Shown here: piece after piece, positions 1-9,506 of the stretch
How the letters are laid out: each line of letters opens with the position of its first letter
How positions within the stretch are numbered: position 1 is the first letter of the stretch
Assembly (NCBI GenBank): GCA_026392035.1
Contig: JAPLCX010000085.1
Location: 1,335-65,334, forward strand
Length of the DNA stretch: 64,000 bases
DNA from: Candidatus Auribacterota bacterium
GTDB lineage: Bacteria; Auribacterota; Tritonobacteria; UBA1439
Direction: 5' to 3'
The notes under the pieces: generated by a model
Seen by the model: only the letters and a program-made list of their open reading frames with translations
Told to the model about the DNA's origin: nothing
The model's database searches: none
Translations under genes and position numbers: made by a program

Positions 1-1
1 G

Positions 2-310
2 TGCACCGTTTTTTTCGTCCCCATCACAGACCTCCACGACCGCGTGACCATAAGCCTCACCTGCCTCCTGTCCTGCATCGCCGCCCAGTTTGCGATCAGT
101 TTCAACCTGCCGAGAATTTCATACCTCACCCCCATCGACAAGCTCTACATGATCACGTACGTGTGTATCGCGCTCGGCGTCGCGGTCAGCGCCATTGAAT
201 ACTATTTCTACAAGAGGAATCACCGGCTGTTCACAAAGTGCAACAAACAGGCCCGGTGGTTCGTGCCGCTGCTGTACGTCATCCTCCTGGCAGCGGTGAT
301 ATTCGTGTAG
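2..310 (+). CDS. C-terminal transmembrane part (M1 end, M2, M3, M4) of a prokaryotic pentameric ligand-gated ion channel; 5' end lies outside the window
   Basis: Frame 2 is open from base 2: FFVP..DLHDRVTISLTCLLSCIAAQFAISFNLPRISYLTPIDK. This matches the pLGIC M2 and M2-M3 loop pattern (ELIC LPRLPYTT.ID) and is followed by two hydrophobic helices. Confidence 0.8.
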   Translation, partial: CTVFFVPITDLHDRVTISLTCLLSCIAAQFAISFNLPRISYLTPIDKLYMITYVCIALGVAVSAIEYYFYKRNHRLFTKCNKQARWFVPLLYVILLAAVIFV

Positions 311-402
311 ATGTTTGATATCAAACGTGCCGCTAAGAAGAGAGTTAGGACTGAAGAGGCATGGCGCCTTAAAGGGGGAGAACAGAAATTAGAAATACTT
401 CC

Positions 403-2472
403 ATGACCACAGCGGATTCACCTGTCAAATTGAGGTGGCATGCCATTTCAATGGCAATCATCATACTGGCCGGTATCGCCGCATATTCAAATAGTGTCCG
501 GGGCTCTTTTCACTTTGACGATCTCCCCACCATTGTTTTGAATCCCCACATAAGGAGCCTCAATCCCGCTGTCGTATGGGCCGGCAATAACCATTCCAGA
601 TTTCTGGGTTTCTACTCGTTCGCACTTAACTACTATTGGGGAGGATTGGCGCGGTTACAGGGATGGCATTATGTAAACATCGGCGCGCACATAATCTGCT
701 CCCTGATGCTGTATCTGGTTTTACTCTGCCTTGCCGAGGATACCCGCCTTGCCGGCAACAAGGTTCCGTTCATGGCCGCCCTTCTTTTTGCCGTGCACCC
801 CGTTTTCAGCGAACCGGTCAATTATATACAGGCAAGGCTTGTCCCGTTTTATACCCTGTTTTCCCTCACCGGCGTTTTCGCTGCTATTCTTTGCATGAGA
901 GCGCGGCGGTATGTTTCAAGGCTTTTAGCCGCGTTGTGCGTTCTCGCAAGCATTATTCTAGGAGGGTTATCCAAAGAGGTGGGGCTGTTTTATGCGTTGG
1001 GGGGTGTCGGGCTATATCTTTTTGCCTTTGGCGTAGAAGACAGGAAGGTTCGAAAAACTATTTTCATTATTCTCGCCTCTGTAGCCATTTCTATTGTTCT
1101 GATTATTACCGCAAAGGGGTATCTCTCGCTGATATTTCAGCGGGGCTACCATTTTAGGCTTGGAGAAACAACCTTTGTAACCCGCGTTCTTACGAATGCC
1201 GGGGTTTTCTGGAGATATATCTCTCTCATCATTCCCTCATCTCCGCGTTTGAATGCCGATCATTATGTAAGGGTCGTGAGCGTTGCGACGGCGCCTCAGA
1301 TACTGGCGGCCCTCATTCCTCTTATAGGTATGGGAGCGATTGTAGGCTTTGCTTTTATGATAAGGTCGCGAGAACCGCTTGTGTCCTTTCTGCTTCTCTG
1401 GGTCATCATGGGGGTTCTGCCGTACATGCCGGGTGCTGTTACAACAGAGCTCATGGTAGAGTATAAGTTTTATTTTCCTGCCATAGGGCTGGTGAGCCTC
1501 CTGGCATGGGCATTTGATAGGGCGTGTATTCTTGCGGCGCCGAGGCTGTCAAAACGTTTTGCAAATATTATTCTATGGACTCTGTTCGGGTTTCTGGCGG
1601 TTCATTGCGTCAAGGAGACGAGAGATCGGAACCGCGCATGGGTAAGCGAGCTCACTTTATGGAGCGACGCGGTAAAGAAATCTCCTCAAAAGTGCAGGAC
1701 ACACAGTAACCTCGGCGTCGCTCTAGCAAAGCAGGGAAGGCTTGATGAGGCTATCGCGCACTATCTCGAAGCCATACTGATTAGCCCGGCCTATGCGGAA
1801 GCGCGCAATAACTTGGGGGTCGCTCTAGCAAAGCAGGGGAGGCTTGATGAGGCTATTGCGCGCTATCTCGAGGCCCTACGGATCAACCCGGCCTATGCGG
1901 AAGCGCACAATAACCTGGGGGATGCATTGAAGAGGAAAGGGCAGCTTGATGATGCCATTGCGCATCTCTCGGAGGCGCTGCGGATTGAACCAGATTCGGC
2001 GATTGCGCACAATAACCTGGGACTCGCTCTGGCCGACAAGGGGAGGTTTGACGAGGCTATTGCGCACTCTCTCGAAGCCCTACGGATCAACCCGGCCGAT
2101 GCGGAAGCGCACAATAACCTGGGGGATATGTTATCCCGATTGGGGAATCTTGCCGATGCCATAGGCCATTATGCCGAGGCGTTGCGGATCAAGCCTGACT
2201 ATGCGAAAGCGCACAACAACATGGGAGTCGCTCTAGCAAAGCAGGGGAGGCTTGATGAAGCTATCGGCTATTTTTCGGAGGCGCTGCGGATTGAACCAGA
2301 TTCGGCGATTGCGCATAATAACCTGGGACTCGCTCTGGCCGACCAGGGGAGGCTTGATGAGGCTATCGCGCACTATCTCGAAGCCATACGGATTAGCCCG
2401 GCCTATGCGGAAGCGCACAATAACCTGGGGATTGCATTGAAGCGGAAGGGGCAGATGGATGGGGCAGACTGA
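403..2472 (+). CDS. Multi-pass membrane protein with C-terminal TPR array; TMTC-like GT-C glycosyltransferase
   Basis: N-terminal F-DD motif (FHFDDLPTIVLNP), many TM segments, and about seven 34-aa TPRs (AHNNLG.AL...GRLDEAI.HY.EA). Confidence 0.8.
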   Translation: MTTADSPVKLRWHAISMAIIILAGIAAYSNSVRGSFHFDDLPTIVLNPHIRSLNPAVVWAGNNHSRFLGFYSFALNYYWGGLARLQGWHYVNIGAHIICSLMLYLVLLCLAEDTRLAGNKVPFMAALLFAVHPVFSEPVNYIQARLVPFYTLFSLTGVFAAILCMRARRYVSRLLAALCVLASIILGGLSKEVGLFYALGGVGLYLFAFGVEDRKVRKTIFIILASVAISIVLIITAKGYLSLIFQRGYHFRLGETTFVTRVLTNAGVFWRYISLIIPSSPRLNADHYVRVVSVATAPQILAALIPLIGMGAIVGFAFMIRSREPLVSFLLLWVIMGVLPYMPGAVTTELMVEYKFYFPAIGLVSLLAWAFDRACILAAPRLSKRFANIILWTLFGFLAVHCVKETRDRNRAWVSELTLWSDAVKKSPQKCRTHSNLGVALAKQGRLDEAIAHYLEAILISPAYAEARNNLGVALAKQGRLDEAIARYLEALRINPAYAEAHNNLGDALKRKGQLDDAIAHLSEALRIEPDSAIAHNNLGLALADKGRFDEAIAHSLEALRINPADAEAHNNLGDMLSRLGNLADAIGHYAEALRIKPDYAKAHNNMGVALAKQGRLDEAIGYFSEALRIEPDSAIAHNNLGLALADQGRLDEAIAHYLEAIRISPAYAEAHNNLGIALKRKGQMDGAD

Positions 2473-2781
2473 GTTATTGCAGGGCAGTTCGATTAGCCGC
2501 AACACTATTGCACCACGGAGTCCCACGCGTAAACCAGTAGTCCCCTAACGAACGGATAAGGATTAATAGAGTTCAATTCAGCCCGAATCAAGATATAAAA
2601 CAGGAGCGCAAGCTATGAATGTTGTTAAAGTAATCGAACTTCGCCAGGTCTTCACCGCACGCCCTTTCGCAACCGCACCCCTATATTTTTCAGGCACTCC
2701 AAGCCCTCAATACCTTGAAAATAGCGCTCCGCGCAGCCCAGTTGCGAAAATCGGGCTAAGAGCGGGGAGGAGTTCCGCGTA

Positions 2782-3510
2782 CTACCGCGTGAGGACCGCG
2801 CACACGGCGGAGGCGCACGCGATCAGGAAACTCCCTGCGATGTCCGCCGGGGAGAGAAGGAACTTCTCAGGCTTGAACTTCTTGGCGCAGTGGTTTGCCA
2901 CCGGTAGACGGATGAGCATGACAGCCGGTACAAGCGCGAGATATGCATACCCCCCCACCATGAGCGCGAAGAGAATGCCGCGCTCAACAACTCCATAATA
3001 TTTTGAGAAGCCATCAGGCATGAGTGCGTATTCGGGAGCATGCAGAAGTGTGCGCTTGGCAGAATCGAGCAGGTAGACCCCACTGAACGTGGCCACGAGA
3101 AAAAATATGGAGGTGGTGATCACCCCCGCGCGATCGAGCCTCTGAATGATGCCCCCCTGCAGCTCGGGCAGCCCCGGGAGTGGGGTCATGAATACGGCTG
3201 CGATCACCGCGATGTGCATCGCCTGATCCAGGAGGAACGTCCCGAGATCATTCCGGGGGCCCAGGCGGTCGAGGAAGGCCACTTTAACATAATCCACCAT
3301 CAGATGAGCGCCCGCGACCACGGAGATGAAGCGCCAGAATGACCAAGAGCCGATGAGCGGGTAACCCGCGAGCGCCATTGTACCCAGGCAGATGAGGGCG
3401 TGTGGAATCTGTCCCGCGAGGTATCTTCTCTTCAACCGGTAGATATGCGCGGACTGCAGGGGAAAATCGGCGACCAGGTGCGCCAGGATCAGCAATTTAA
3501 AAAGCAGCAT
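2782..3510 (-). CDS. DUF3307-like membrane protein
   Basis: LAHLVADFPLQ, H..H..VD and F.LDQ.MH motifs; start moved to ATG 3510. Confidence 0.7.
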   Translation of the reverse strand: MLLFKLLILAHLVADFPLQSAHIYRLKRRYLAGQIPHALICLGTMALAGYPLIGSWSFWRFISVVAGAHLMVDYVKVAFLDRLGPRNDLGTFLLDQAMHIAVIAAVFMTPLPGLPELQGGIIQRLDRAGVITTSIFFLVATFSGVYLLDSAKRTLLHAPEYALMPDGFSKYYGVVERGILFALMVGGYAYLALVPAVMLIRLPVANHCAKKFKPEKFLLSPADIAGSFLIACASAVCAVLTR

Positions 3511-3519
3511 GGATATTTT

Positions 3520-3713
3520 GTAACTACTCAGGTAGTCAGAAGCCAGGAGCCAGAATCCAGAATGGATCGCGAATAAGCTTCCAGTAGCTTGCTGACCTCT
3601 TCGAGTAACTGCATTAACCCTGAATTCCGGCTCCTGAGCAGTAATGTCGCCGCTGGCGTCCTCATTCCAACTCCTGGCTCCTGACTCCTGAATTCTGGCT
3701 CCTGAGCAGTTAC
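3520..3713. mobile_element. Small TIR-bounded element holding a deleted four-helix-bundle gene remnant
   Basis: Ends GTAACTACTCAGG / CCTGAGCAGTTAC (13-bp IR, 1 mismatch); inverted heptamer arrays (CAGGAGC/CAGAATC); encodes MRTPAAT...LLEEVSKLLEAYSRSIL. Confidence 0.6.
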
Positions 3714-3715
3714 CA

Positions 3716-5167
3716 TTACATCTGCTCCAGGGCGAGGAGGCCGATGAACTCATCCGCGCTGATCGCGGACGGCGAGGCCATGTAGTGCGTTCCCAGGACG
3801 TCCCCGGCAACCGGGGTGATCGCCCCGCGCACCGCGCTGCCGGTGATCTGGAGCACCACGTCGATGGAACCGTCAGAGTAGTACGTCTTGGAAACCTCTT
3901 CTGCCCCCTGCACCACTCCCTTGACCGCGATATCGACCTGATCGTTCTGAACGGCGAAGTTTTTGAGCGTCGTCGAGGAGGTTACCACGGCGCCGTATAT
4001 CTTCTCGGCGAGCCGCCGGTACGCGTCCACCGTCGCCGCCCGCTCGGTGGTGGCGCGAATGAAGGCCCCGAAGGCGCCGGCGTATTCCGTGAGGGATACG
4101 GGGGTCACATTTTTCCAGACCAGCGCGATATCGCGATTGATTATTTTGCGCACTCGCTCGAGCGGGTACTCCAGCCGCAACGTCGCGCGGCGCTCGTTCT
4201 TCTGGTATTCCGATTTTATCACGTGGGCGTTGCCGGTGCTGTCGAGCAGCGCCTCACAGATTTTTGGATCCTTATTCATGAGGTCGCCGACCGTCTCCTC
4301 ACCCGAAAGCCTGATCATTTCGAGCTTATCGATGATCCCCTTCTGAGCCCGGTAGCGCGCCTCACCCATCGCCCAGCGCTCGGCTTCCCGGGGGTTTTCG
4401 ATCTCCGCGGGAGCGGTCACGCTCGCCTCGGCGCCGATGACGATGTTCCCGAGGCTCGGCTTCGGGCTCTTGAGGCGTTCCAGCAATCCCTGCGCATCCT
4501 TGAGCGGCACCTTCGGGTCGCCGAGCCTCTTGATCAGCAGCTCCTTTGGGGGCAGGCCGGTTCCCTTTGCCCTCAGCAGCGCCGCCGTCCACGGCGCCAC
4601 GGTGGTGCGCTGTTCGGGACTCACGTTGACATATTTCTGGGGCTCGCCGACCGCCATGACGTTCACCGTGCCGCTGGAGACTGCCACGCGCGTCGCCTGG
4701 GTTTCCCCCTCCGCACCGAACGAGAACGCGGTGCCGCGCACGGCGGCCACCGCGACAGGCGACTTCAAACTCAGGCGCGTCCCCGCGGGGAGCTTGTCCA
4801 GCTTGGCGATGATGTCCCCCTTCAGCAGGCCGAGGTCGGTCAATTTCATCACCGAGCCGTCGGGATCCTTCGACTCCTTGGAGAGCTGCTCGATCTTCAG
4901 GAGCGAGTTTTCCCTGAGCCGGAACTTGTTCGGCGGATCCAGCTGCATATCCGCATAGCAGTTGTTGGATGTCCTGAGCGAATCCGTCGCGACGAGCGAT
5001 GTCCCCACTCTCGCGGCCGACCATGCAGTCGACGGCGGCTTCAGGCACTCGGCATGGCGGTACACCTTGATGAGGGAGACCGACGGGCCCGTTTCTGAAC
5101 CTCCGTAGAGCGCGAAGGGGATGCACACCCCGAGTCCGATAACGAGCGCACGAGTAAGGGTGTTCAC
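3716..5167 (-). CDS. Exported FecR-domain protein with C-terminal LPP20/FlgT-N-like repeats
   Basis: Signal-like N-terminus, GTG start with GGAGG RBS, FecR core (KFRLRENSLLKI...SPVAVAAVRGTAF), and two A...A...A helical/beta repeats. Confidence 0.7.
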   Translation of the reverse strand: MNTLTRALVIGLGVCIPFALYGGSETGPSVSLIKVYRHAECLKPPSTAWSAARVGTSLVATDSLRTSNNCYADMQLDPPNKFRLRENSLLKIEQLSKESKDPDGSVMKLTDLGLLKGDIIAKLDKLPAGTRLSLKSPVAVAAVRGTAFSFGAEGETQATRVAVSSGTVNVMAVGEPQKYVNVSPEQRTTVAPWTAALLRAKGTGLPPKELLIKRLGDPKVPLKDAQGLLERLKSPKPSLGNIVIGAEASVTAPAEIENPREAERWAMGEARYRAQKGIIDKLEMIRLSGEETVGDLMNKDPKICEALLDSTGNAHVIKSEYQKNERRATLRLEYPLERVRKIINRDIALVWKNVTPVSLTEYAGAFGAFIRATTERAATVDAYRRLAEKIYGAVVTSSTTLKNFAVQNDQVDIAVKGVVQGAEEVSKTYYSDGSIDVVLQITGSAVRGAITPVAGDVLGTHYMASPSAISADEFIGLLALEQM

Positions 5168-5318
5168 GACAATTCCTCCCCGCCGAAACCGATGTAGTGA
5201 ATCGGCGATTGTTGTTAAGTTTCTATTGTCGGGAAGTGTATCACAGCACGCGCGCTCCAGCCAAGCCAATAGAGAATCGCGGACTATCCCCAGTTTTCAG
5301 AAAAGTAGCTTTGATGTT

Positions 5319-5439
5319 TTACCACGGAGGACACGGAGAATATACAGAGGTCACGGAGTAAAAATTCGTAGCGTGTTGTCACAATACTTGTTACTCAATC
5401 TCTGTGTTCTCCGTGTATCTCCGTGCGCTCCGTGGTGAG
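5319..5439. repeat. Inverted arrays of ~9-bp CACGGAG/CACAGAG units
   Basis: ccacggaggacacggagaatatacagag ... ctctgtgttctccgtgtatctccgtgcgctccgtgg. Confidence 0.7.
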
Positions 5440-5518
5440 ACATTATTGCTGCCGCGCTGCGATCAGCAATTGAATTATCCCACTATTATGTGTAGAATGC
5501 CACACGAGGATCGCACGC

Positions 5519-7480
5519 ATGAAAATGAGGTACATTGCCACCCTTTTAACGCTCCTGAGTTTGGTGCTGGTCACGCTCATGAGTCGGACCGGCGTGTTCA
5601 GGATGTATGAAGATAAGACGATTGACTCCCGATTCTCCTGGCGCCACAGGGTGCGGGGGCCGGTCTCGTGCCCCGATATCCGCATCATAGGGATTGATGA
5701 CCAGACGCTCATCGCGCTGGGCGGGCGGTGGCCGATCCCCTGGCGCTGGCACGCCCTCCTCTTCGAAGCGCTCTCCGACAACCTCCCCGCGGTGGCCGCT
5801 TACAATATTCTATTCCCCTCCGCCGAGGGGCAGGAGAAGAACGACGAAGAACAACTCGTGGAGGCGACGCAGCGGCTCGGCGATGTAGTTTATCCCTACT
5901 ATTTTGAATTTGCGGAAGCGGGACCCGCACGCGCCGAACCACCGGCTCCTTCTGCCGAGCGCGCGGCTGACAGGAAAATGCTGCAAAAATATGCGCTCAC
6001 CGACGTGGAGGGCGACGTTGGGTCGCTCCCACGAACGGCCGAGGTCACCATTCCGGTAGCGCCGCTCGCCGCACATGCCGCGCTCGGCTTTGCGAATGCG
6101 CAGGGGGACGAGGCAGACGGCGTGGTGCGGCGGATGCCGCTCGTCCTCGGCTTCGAGGGCAGGGTCTATCCCTCGTTCTGCCTCACGGCAGTCCTCCGCT
6201 ACTACAATATAGCGATCGAGGATGTCCATGTCGCGCTCGGCAATCGCGTTGAATTCGATGTCCCTGAGGGTCCTCACGTCTCGATCCCCATTGATACACA
6301 GGGGAGAATGTTCATCAACTTCACGGCCAACTACAATGAATTCAGCCACAGCGTATTCTCCCAGGTGGTGCAGTCCTTCGCCCGCCGCCAGAAAGGCCTG
6401 GGCGCGCCGCTCGACCTCTCAGATTTTGAGGGGAAGCTCGTGCTCGTAGGGCTCACGGCGACCGGCGTCATAGAAGCCTACACGAAGCCGACCCCGCTTG
6501 ATCCCGAGAGCCCCTTCCTCACCGCCCAGGCGAACGCGCTCAGTACGATCATCTCCCGCTCATTCCCCCGGCTTCCGGGGTTCTGGGCAGTGACCGGCCT
6601 CCTGCTTCTCCTGGGGGCTGCCGTGAGCCTGATCACCTCTTCAATGAAGGCCGCAACGAGTTTGGTACTCTCGGCGATCTGCCTCTGCATTTTCATCGCC
6701 ATCTCGTACTGGCTCTTCTTCTTCAAGACGATCATCCTGCCCCTCGTCTCCGGAGGATGCATGGCGGTCCTCACCTATACCTTCATCACCTCATACCGCT
6801 ATGCCACTGAGGAGCGGCAGAGGAGGTTCTACCGTGGCGTGCTGGGGAAGTACCTTTCACACAACGTAATGGAGACAATCCTACAACATCCCGCCGAGCT
6901 CAAACTCGGGGGGGAACGCAAGGATATGACCGTGCTCTTTGCTGACGTACGGGGCTTTACCAAATTCTGTGAACGGAGCCCCGTCGAGGAGATCGCCCCG
7001 CGGCTGAATGAGCTCCACGAGAAGATGACGCAGATCATCTGGAGGCACGATGGCACGCTGGACAAATACATGGGAGACGGGATCATGGCATTCTGGGGGG
7101 CGCCGCTCCCGCAGAAGGACCACGCGCGCAGGGCGGTCCTCGCGGCGATTGACATGATGGCGGAACTCACCCGGATGCGCCCCTCATGGGAATCGCGCGG
7201 GATAGAACCCTTCTCCATGGGGATAGGCATCAATACGGGGACAATGGTTGTCGGGAACATGGGATCGAACGAGTTCTGGAACTACACGGTTCTGGGAGAC
7301 GAGGTGAACCTCGCCGCCCGTCTCGAGGGTCTCACTAGAAGCTATCAGGTGGATGTGATAGTATCAGAATTCACCTATCGCCTCGTGCGCGACGTTGTGG
7401 AGGCCCGACTGCTCGGCGAGGTAACCGTGAAGGGGAAAGAAAAGCCGGTGGTGGTCTACGGGTTGACCGGGAAGAGGTGA
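5519..7480 (+). CDS. CHASE2-domain class III adenylate/guanylate cyclase
   Basis: CHASE2 (IRIIGIDD, DGVVRR, LVLVG), three TM helices, cyclase motifs FADVRGFT, DKYMGDGIMA, GDEVNLAARLE. Confidence 0.92.
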   Translation: MKMRYIATLLTLLSLVLVTLMSRTGVFRMYEDKTIDSRFSWRHRVRGPVSCPDIRIIGIDDQTLIALGGRWPIPWRWHALLFEALSDNLPAVAAYNILFPSAEGQEKNDEEQLVEATQRLGDVVYPYYFEFAEAGPARAEPPAPSAERAADRKMLQKYALTDVEGDVGSLPRTAEVTIPVAPLAAHAALGFANAQGDEADGVVRRMPLVLGFEGRVYPSFCLTAVLRYYNIAIEDVHVALGNRVEFDVPEGPHVSIPIDTQGRMFINFTANYNEFSHSVFSQVVQSFARRQKGLGAPLDLSDFEGKLVLVGLTATGVIEAYTKPTPLDPESPFLTAQANALSTIISRSFPRLPGFWAVTGLLLLLGAAVSLITSSMKAATSLVLSAICLCIFIAISYWLFFFKTIILPLVSGGCMAVLTYTFITSYRYATEERQRRFYRGVLGKYLSHNVMETILQHPAELKLGGERKDMTVLFADVRGFTKFCERSPVEEIAPRLNELHEKMTQIIWRHDGTLDKYMGDGIMAFWGAPLPQKDHARRAVLAAIDMMAELTRMRPSWESRGIEPFSMGIGINTGTMVVGNMGSNEFWNYTVLGDEVNLAARLEGLTRSYQVDVIVSEFTYRLVRDVVEARLLGEVTVKGKEKPVVVYGLTGKR

Positions 7481-7555
7481 CCTCTTGAACCAGTCTAGTG
7501 TCCCTAATGTTTCTCTATATTTGATTTTTGGTCACATGGTCTAGTTTTTGCATTC

Positions 7556-7646
7556 GTCATTCCCGTCCCGCTAAGCGGGAGGAATCCAGAATAGCAGATG
7601 GACTCCTGCTCCCCGATTTATCGAGGACAAGTTTCGCAGGAGTGAC
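7556..7646. repeat. Palindromic intergenic element (GTCATTCC...GGAGTGAC type)
   Basis: Terminal IR plus internal GGAATCCA/TGGACTCC arms and a nested GTCCCGCTAAGCGGGA palindrome. Confidence 0.6.
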
Positions 7647-7703
7647 ATAGCCAGTATCAGTAAATGTAAAGGCACGCATGAGAGAGTACACCAGCAGCGC
7701 GGC

Positions 7704-9059
7704 ATGGGGCAGCTGAAGGGTGACACGATGGGAGACGGTACCGCACTTATCAAGGAGAAGATCACTGAGCTCGGAGCCCTCCAAGATCAGCTCCGCGCGG
7801 CAAATCATAAGATCACCAGCCTGTCTGCCCTGGTCGAGATAAGCAAGATCATTAACTCGACCCTCGACCTGGACACCCTGCTCACCATGATCATGGAAAT
7901 CATCAAACAGGTGCTCAACGCCGAGAGCGGGTCGCTCCTCCTCATTGACGAGCGCGGCGACGAGCTGCTGTACAGGGTCGCCCTTGGCGCGAAGGGCAAG
8001 GAGCTGAAGGATAAGTTCAGGCTGAAGATGGGCCAGGGGATAGCCGGGTGGGTAGCGATGCACGCCGAACCGCTCCTCGTTCCCGACGTGAGCCAGGACA
8101 AGCGCTTCGACCCCACGACGGACGAAACACTGGGTCATAAAACGCGCTCCATCCTGTGCGTGCCGCTGCAGGTCCAGGGAAAGACGCTGGGGGTGCTCGA
8201 GGCGATCAATTCAAAGAGCCCGGGCGGTTTTTCACACGACGAGATGGAGTTGTTCCTGGCGTTCTCGAGCCAGGCGGCCGTCGCCCTGGAGAGCGCGCGC
8301 ATGCACGCGCGCCTTCTCGAAAAACAGCATTTCGAGCACGAGCTCCAGATCGCTCATCAGATTCAGCAAAACTTCCTCCCCTCGTCATTTCCGAAGATTC
8401 CCGGGGCGAAGCTCTACGCAAGGACCGTGCCCGCATGGGAAACGGGCGGTGATTTTTTCGATGTCGTGGAAATGGGAGGGGGTCGGATCGGCGCGGTGGT
8501 CGGCGACGTGTCGGGGAAGGGCGTGCCGGCGGCGCTCTACATGGTGAAGGCGCTGAGCGAGTTCCGTTTTCGCTCCCCGGGGACGCTGGGCATTGACAGG
8601 ATGCTCGAGGCGCTCAACGAGAGTCTCTTCGAGCACAGCACGAGCGGCATGTTCGTCACGCTCCTCTACGCCGTGGTGGACAGCGCCGCGCGCACACTCT
8701 CCTACGGCAGCGCCGGCCACCTGCCGATGATACGTAAGATTGGCGGAGCCGGCGCCATTGAGTTCCTCGACCAGGCAACGGGCATACCGCTCGGCATCAC
8801 CCGCGGCGCGCGCTATACGGTGCACACGTCAGCGCTTGAAAAAGGCGACCTGCTCTTTCTCTACACCGACGGTATCATTGAGGCGCGGGACAGGAAGGGG
8901 CATGAATTCGGCCTCGCGCGCCTGAAGCGTCTCCTCTCCTCTGAACGGGCAGCGGGGCCTGAGGAGATTGTGAAACGGGTGTTGCGGGGGGTTGAGCGCT
9001 TCGCAAAGGGGATGCCCCAGCACGATGACCTCACGGCAATGGCGATTAAGATCGGGTAG
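7704..9059 (+). CDS. GAF + PP2C (SpoIIE/RsbU-like) serine phosphatase
   Basis: GAF domain, then ELQIAHQIQ, GGDFFD, DVSGKG, YTDGI, HDDLT. Confidence 0.92.
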   Translation: MGQLKGDTMGDGTALIKEKITELGALQDQLRAANHKITSLSALVEISKIINSTLDLDTLLTMIMEIIKQVLNAESGSLLLIDERGDELLYRVALGAKGKELKDKFRLKMGQGIAGWVAMHAEPLLVPDVSQDKRFDPTTDETLGHKTRSILCVPLQVQGKTLGVLEAINSKSPGGFSHDEMELFLAFSSQAAVALESARMHARLLEKQHFEHELQIAHQIQQNFLPSSFPKIPGAKLYARTVPAWETGGDFFDVVEMGGGRIGAVVGDVSGKGVPAALYMVKALSEFRFRSPGTLGIDRMLEALNESLFEHSTSGMFVTLLYAVVDSAARTLSYGSAGHLPMIRKIGGAGAIEFLDQATGIPLGITRGARYTVHTSALEKGDLLFLYTDGIIEARDRKGHEFGLARLKRLLSSERAAGPEEIVKRVLRGVERFAKGMPQHDDLTAMAIKIG

Positions 9060-9062
9060 GCG

Positions 9063-9506
9063 ATGACCATGAAACAGATACCACAGGACATAATTTCAGT
9101 TACCATCCCGAGCAATCCAAAATACCTGCGGGCGATTCGTGCCCTCGTGGACGAGGTGACGTACGAGATGGGATTTTCGGCACAGGCGAGGAGCGAGGTG
9201 ATCCAGGCCGCCATCGAGGCATGCACGAATGTGATCAAACACAGCTACGAGGGGAATTTCCACAAAAAGATCATACTCATCCTCAAAGAGCTGCCCGACC
9301 GCCTTGAGGTTATCATCAAGGACCTCGGTAAAAAGGTGCACCCGGCGCGCATCAGGCATCGGGACCTCCATGACGTGAAACCCGGCGGTCTTGGCGTGTA
9401 CATCATCAAGTACTCCATGGATATGGTGTGGTACGACATGACTCCGAGGAAAGGGACAGAACTGAAGATGGTCAAATTCCTGAAGAAAGCGAAACATCCC
9501 CGCTGA
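9063..9506 (+). CDS. Anti-sigma factor Ser/Thr kinase (RsbW-like)
   Basis: EACTNVIKHSY, D.G, GGLGVYII, GT motifs of HATPase_c_2. Confidence 0.9.
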   Translation: MTMKQIPQDIISVTIPSNPKYLRAIRALVDEVTYEMGFSAQARSEVIQAAIEACTNVIKHSYEGNFHKKIILILKELPDRLEVIIKDLGKKVHPARIRHRDLHDVKPGGLGVYIIKYSMDMVWYDMTPRKGTELKMVKFLKKAKHPR

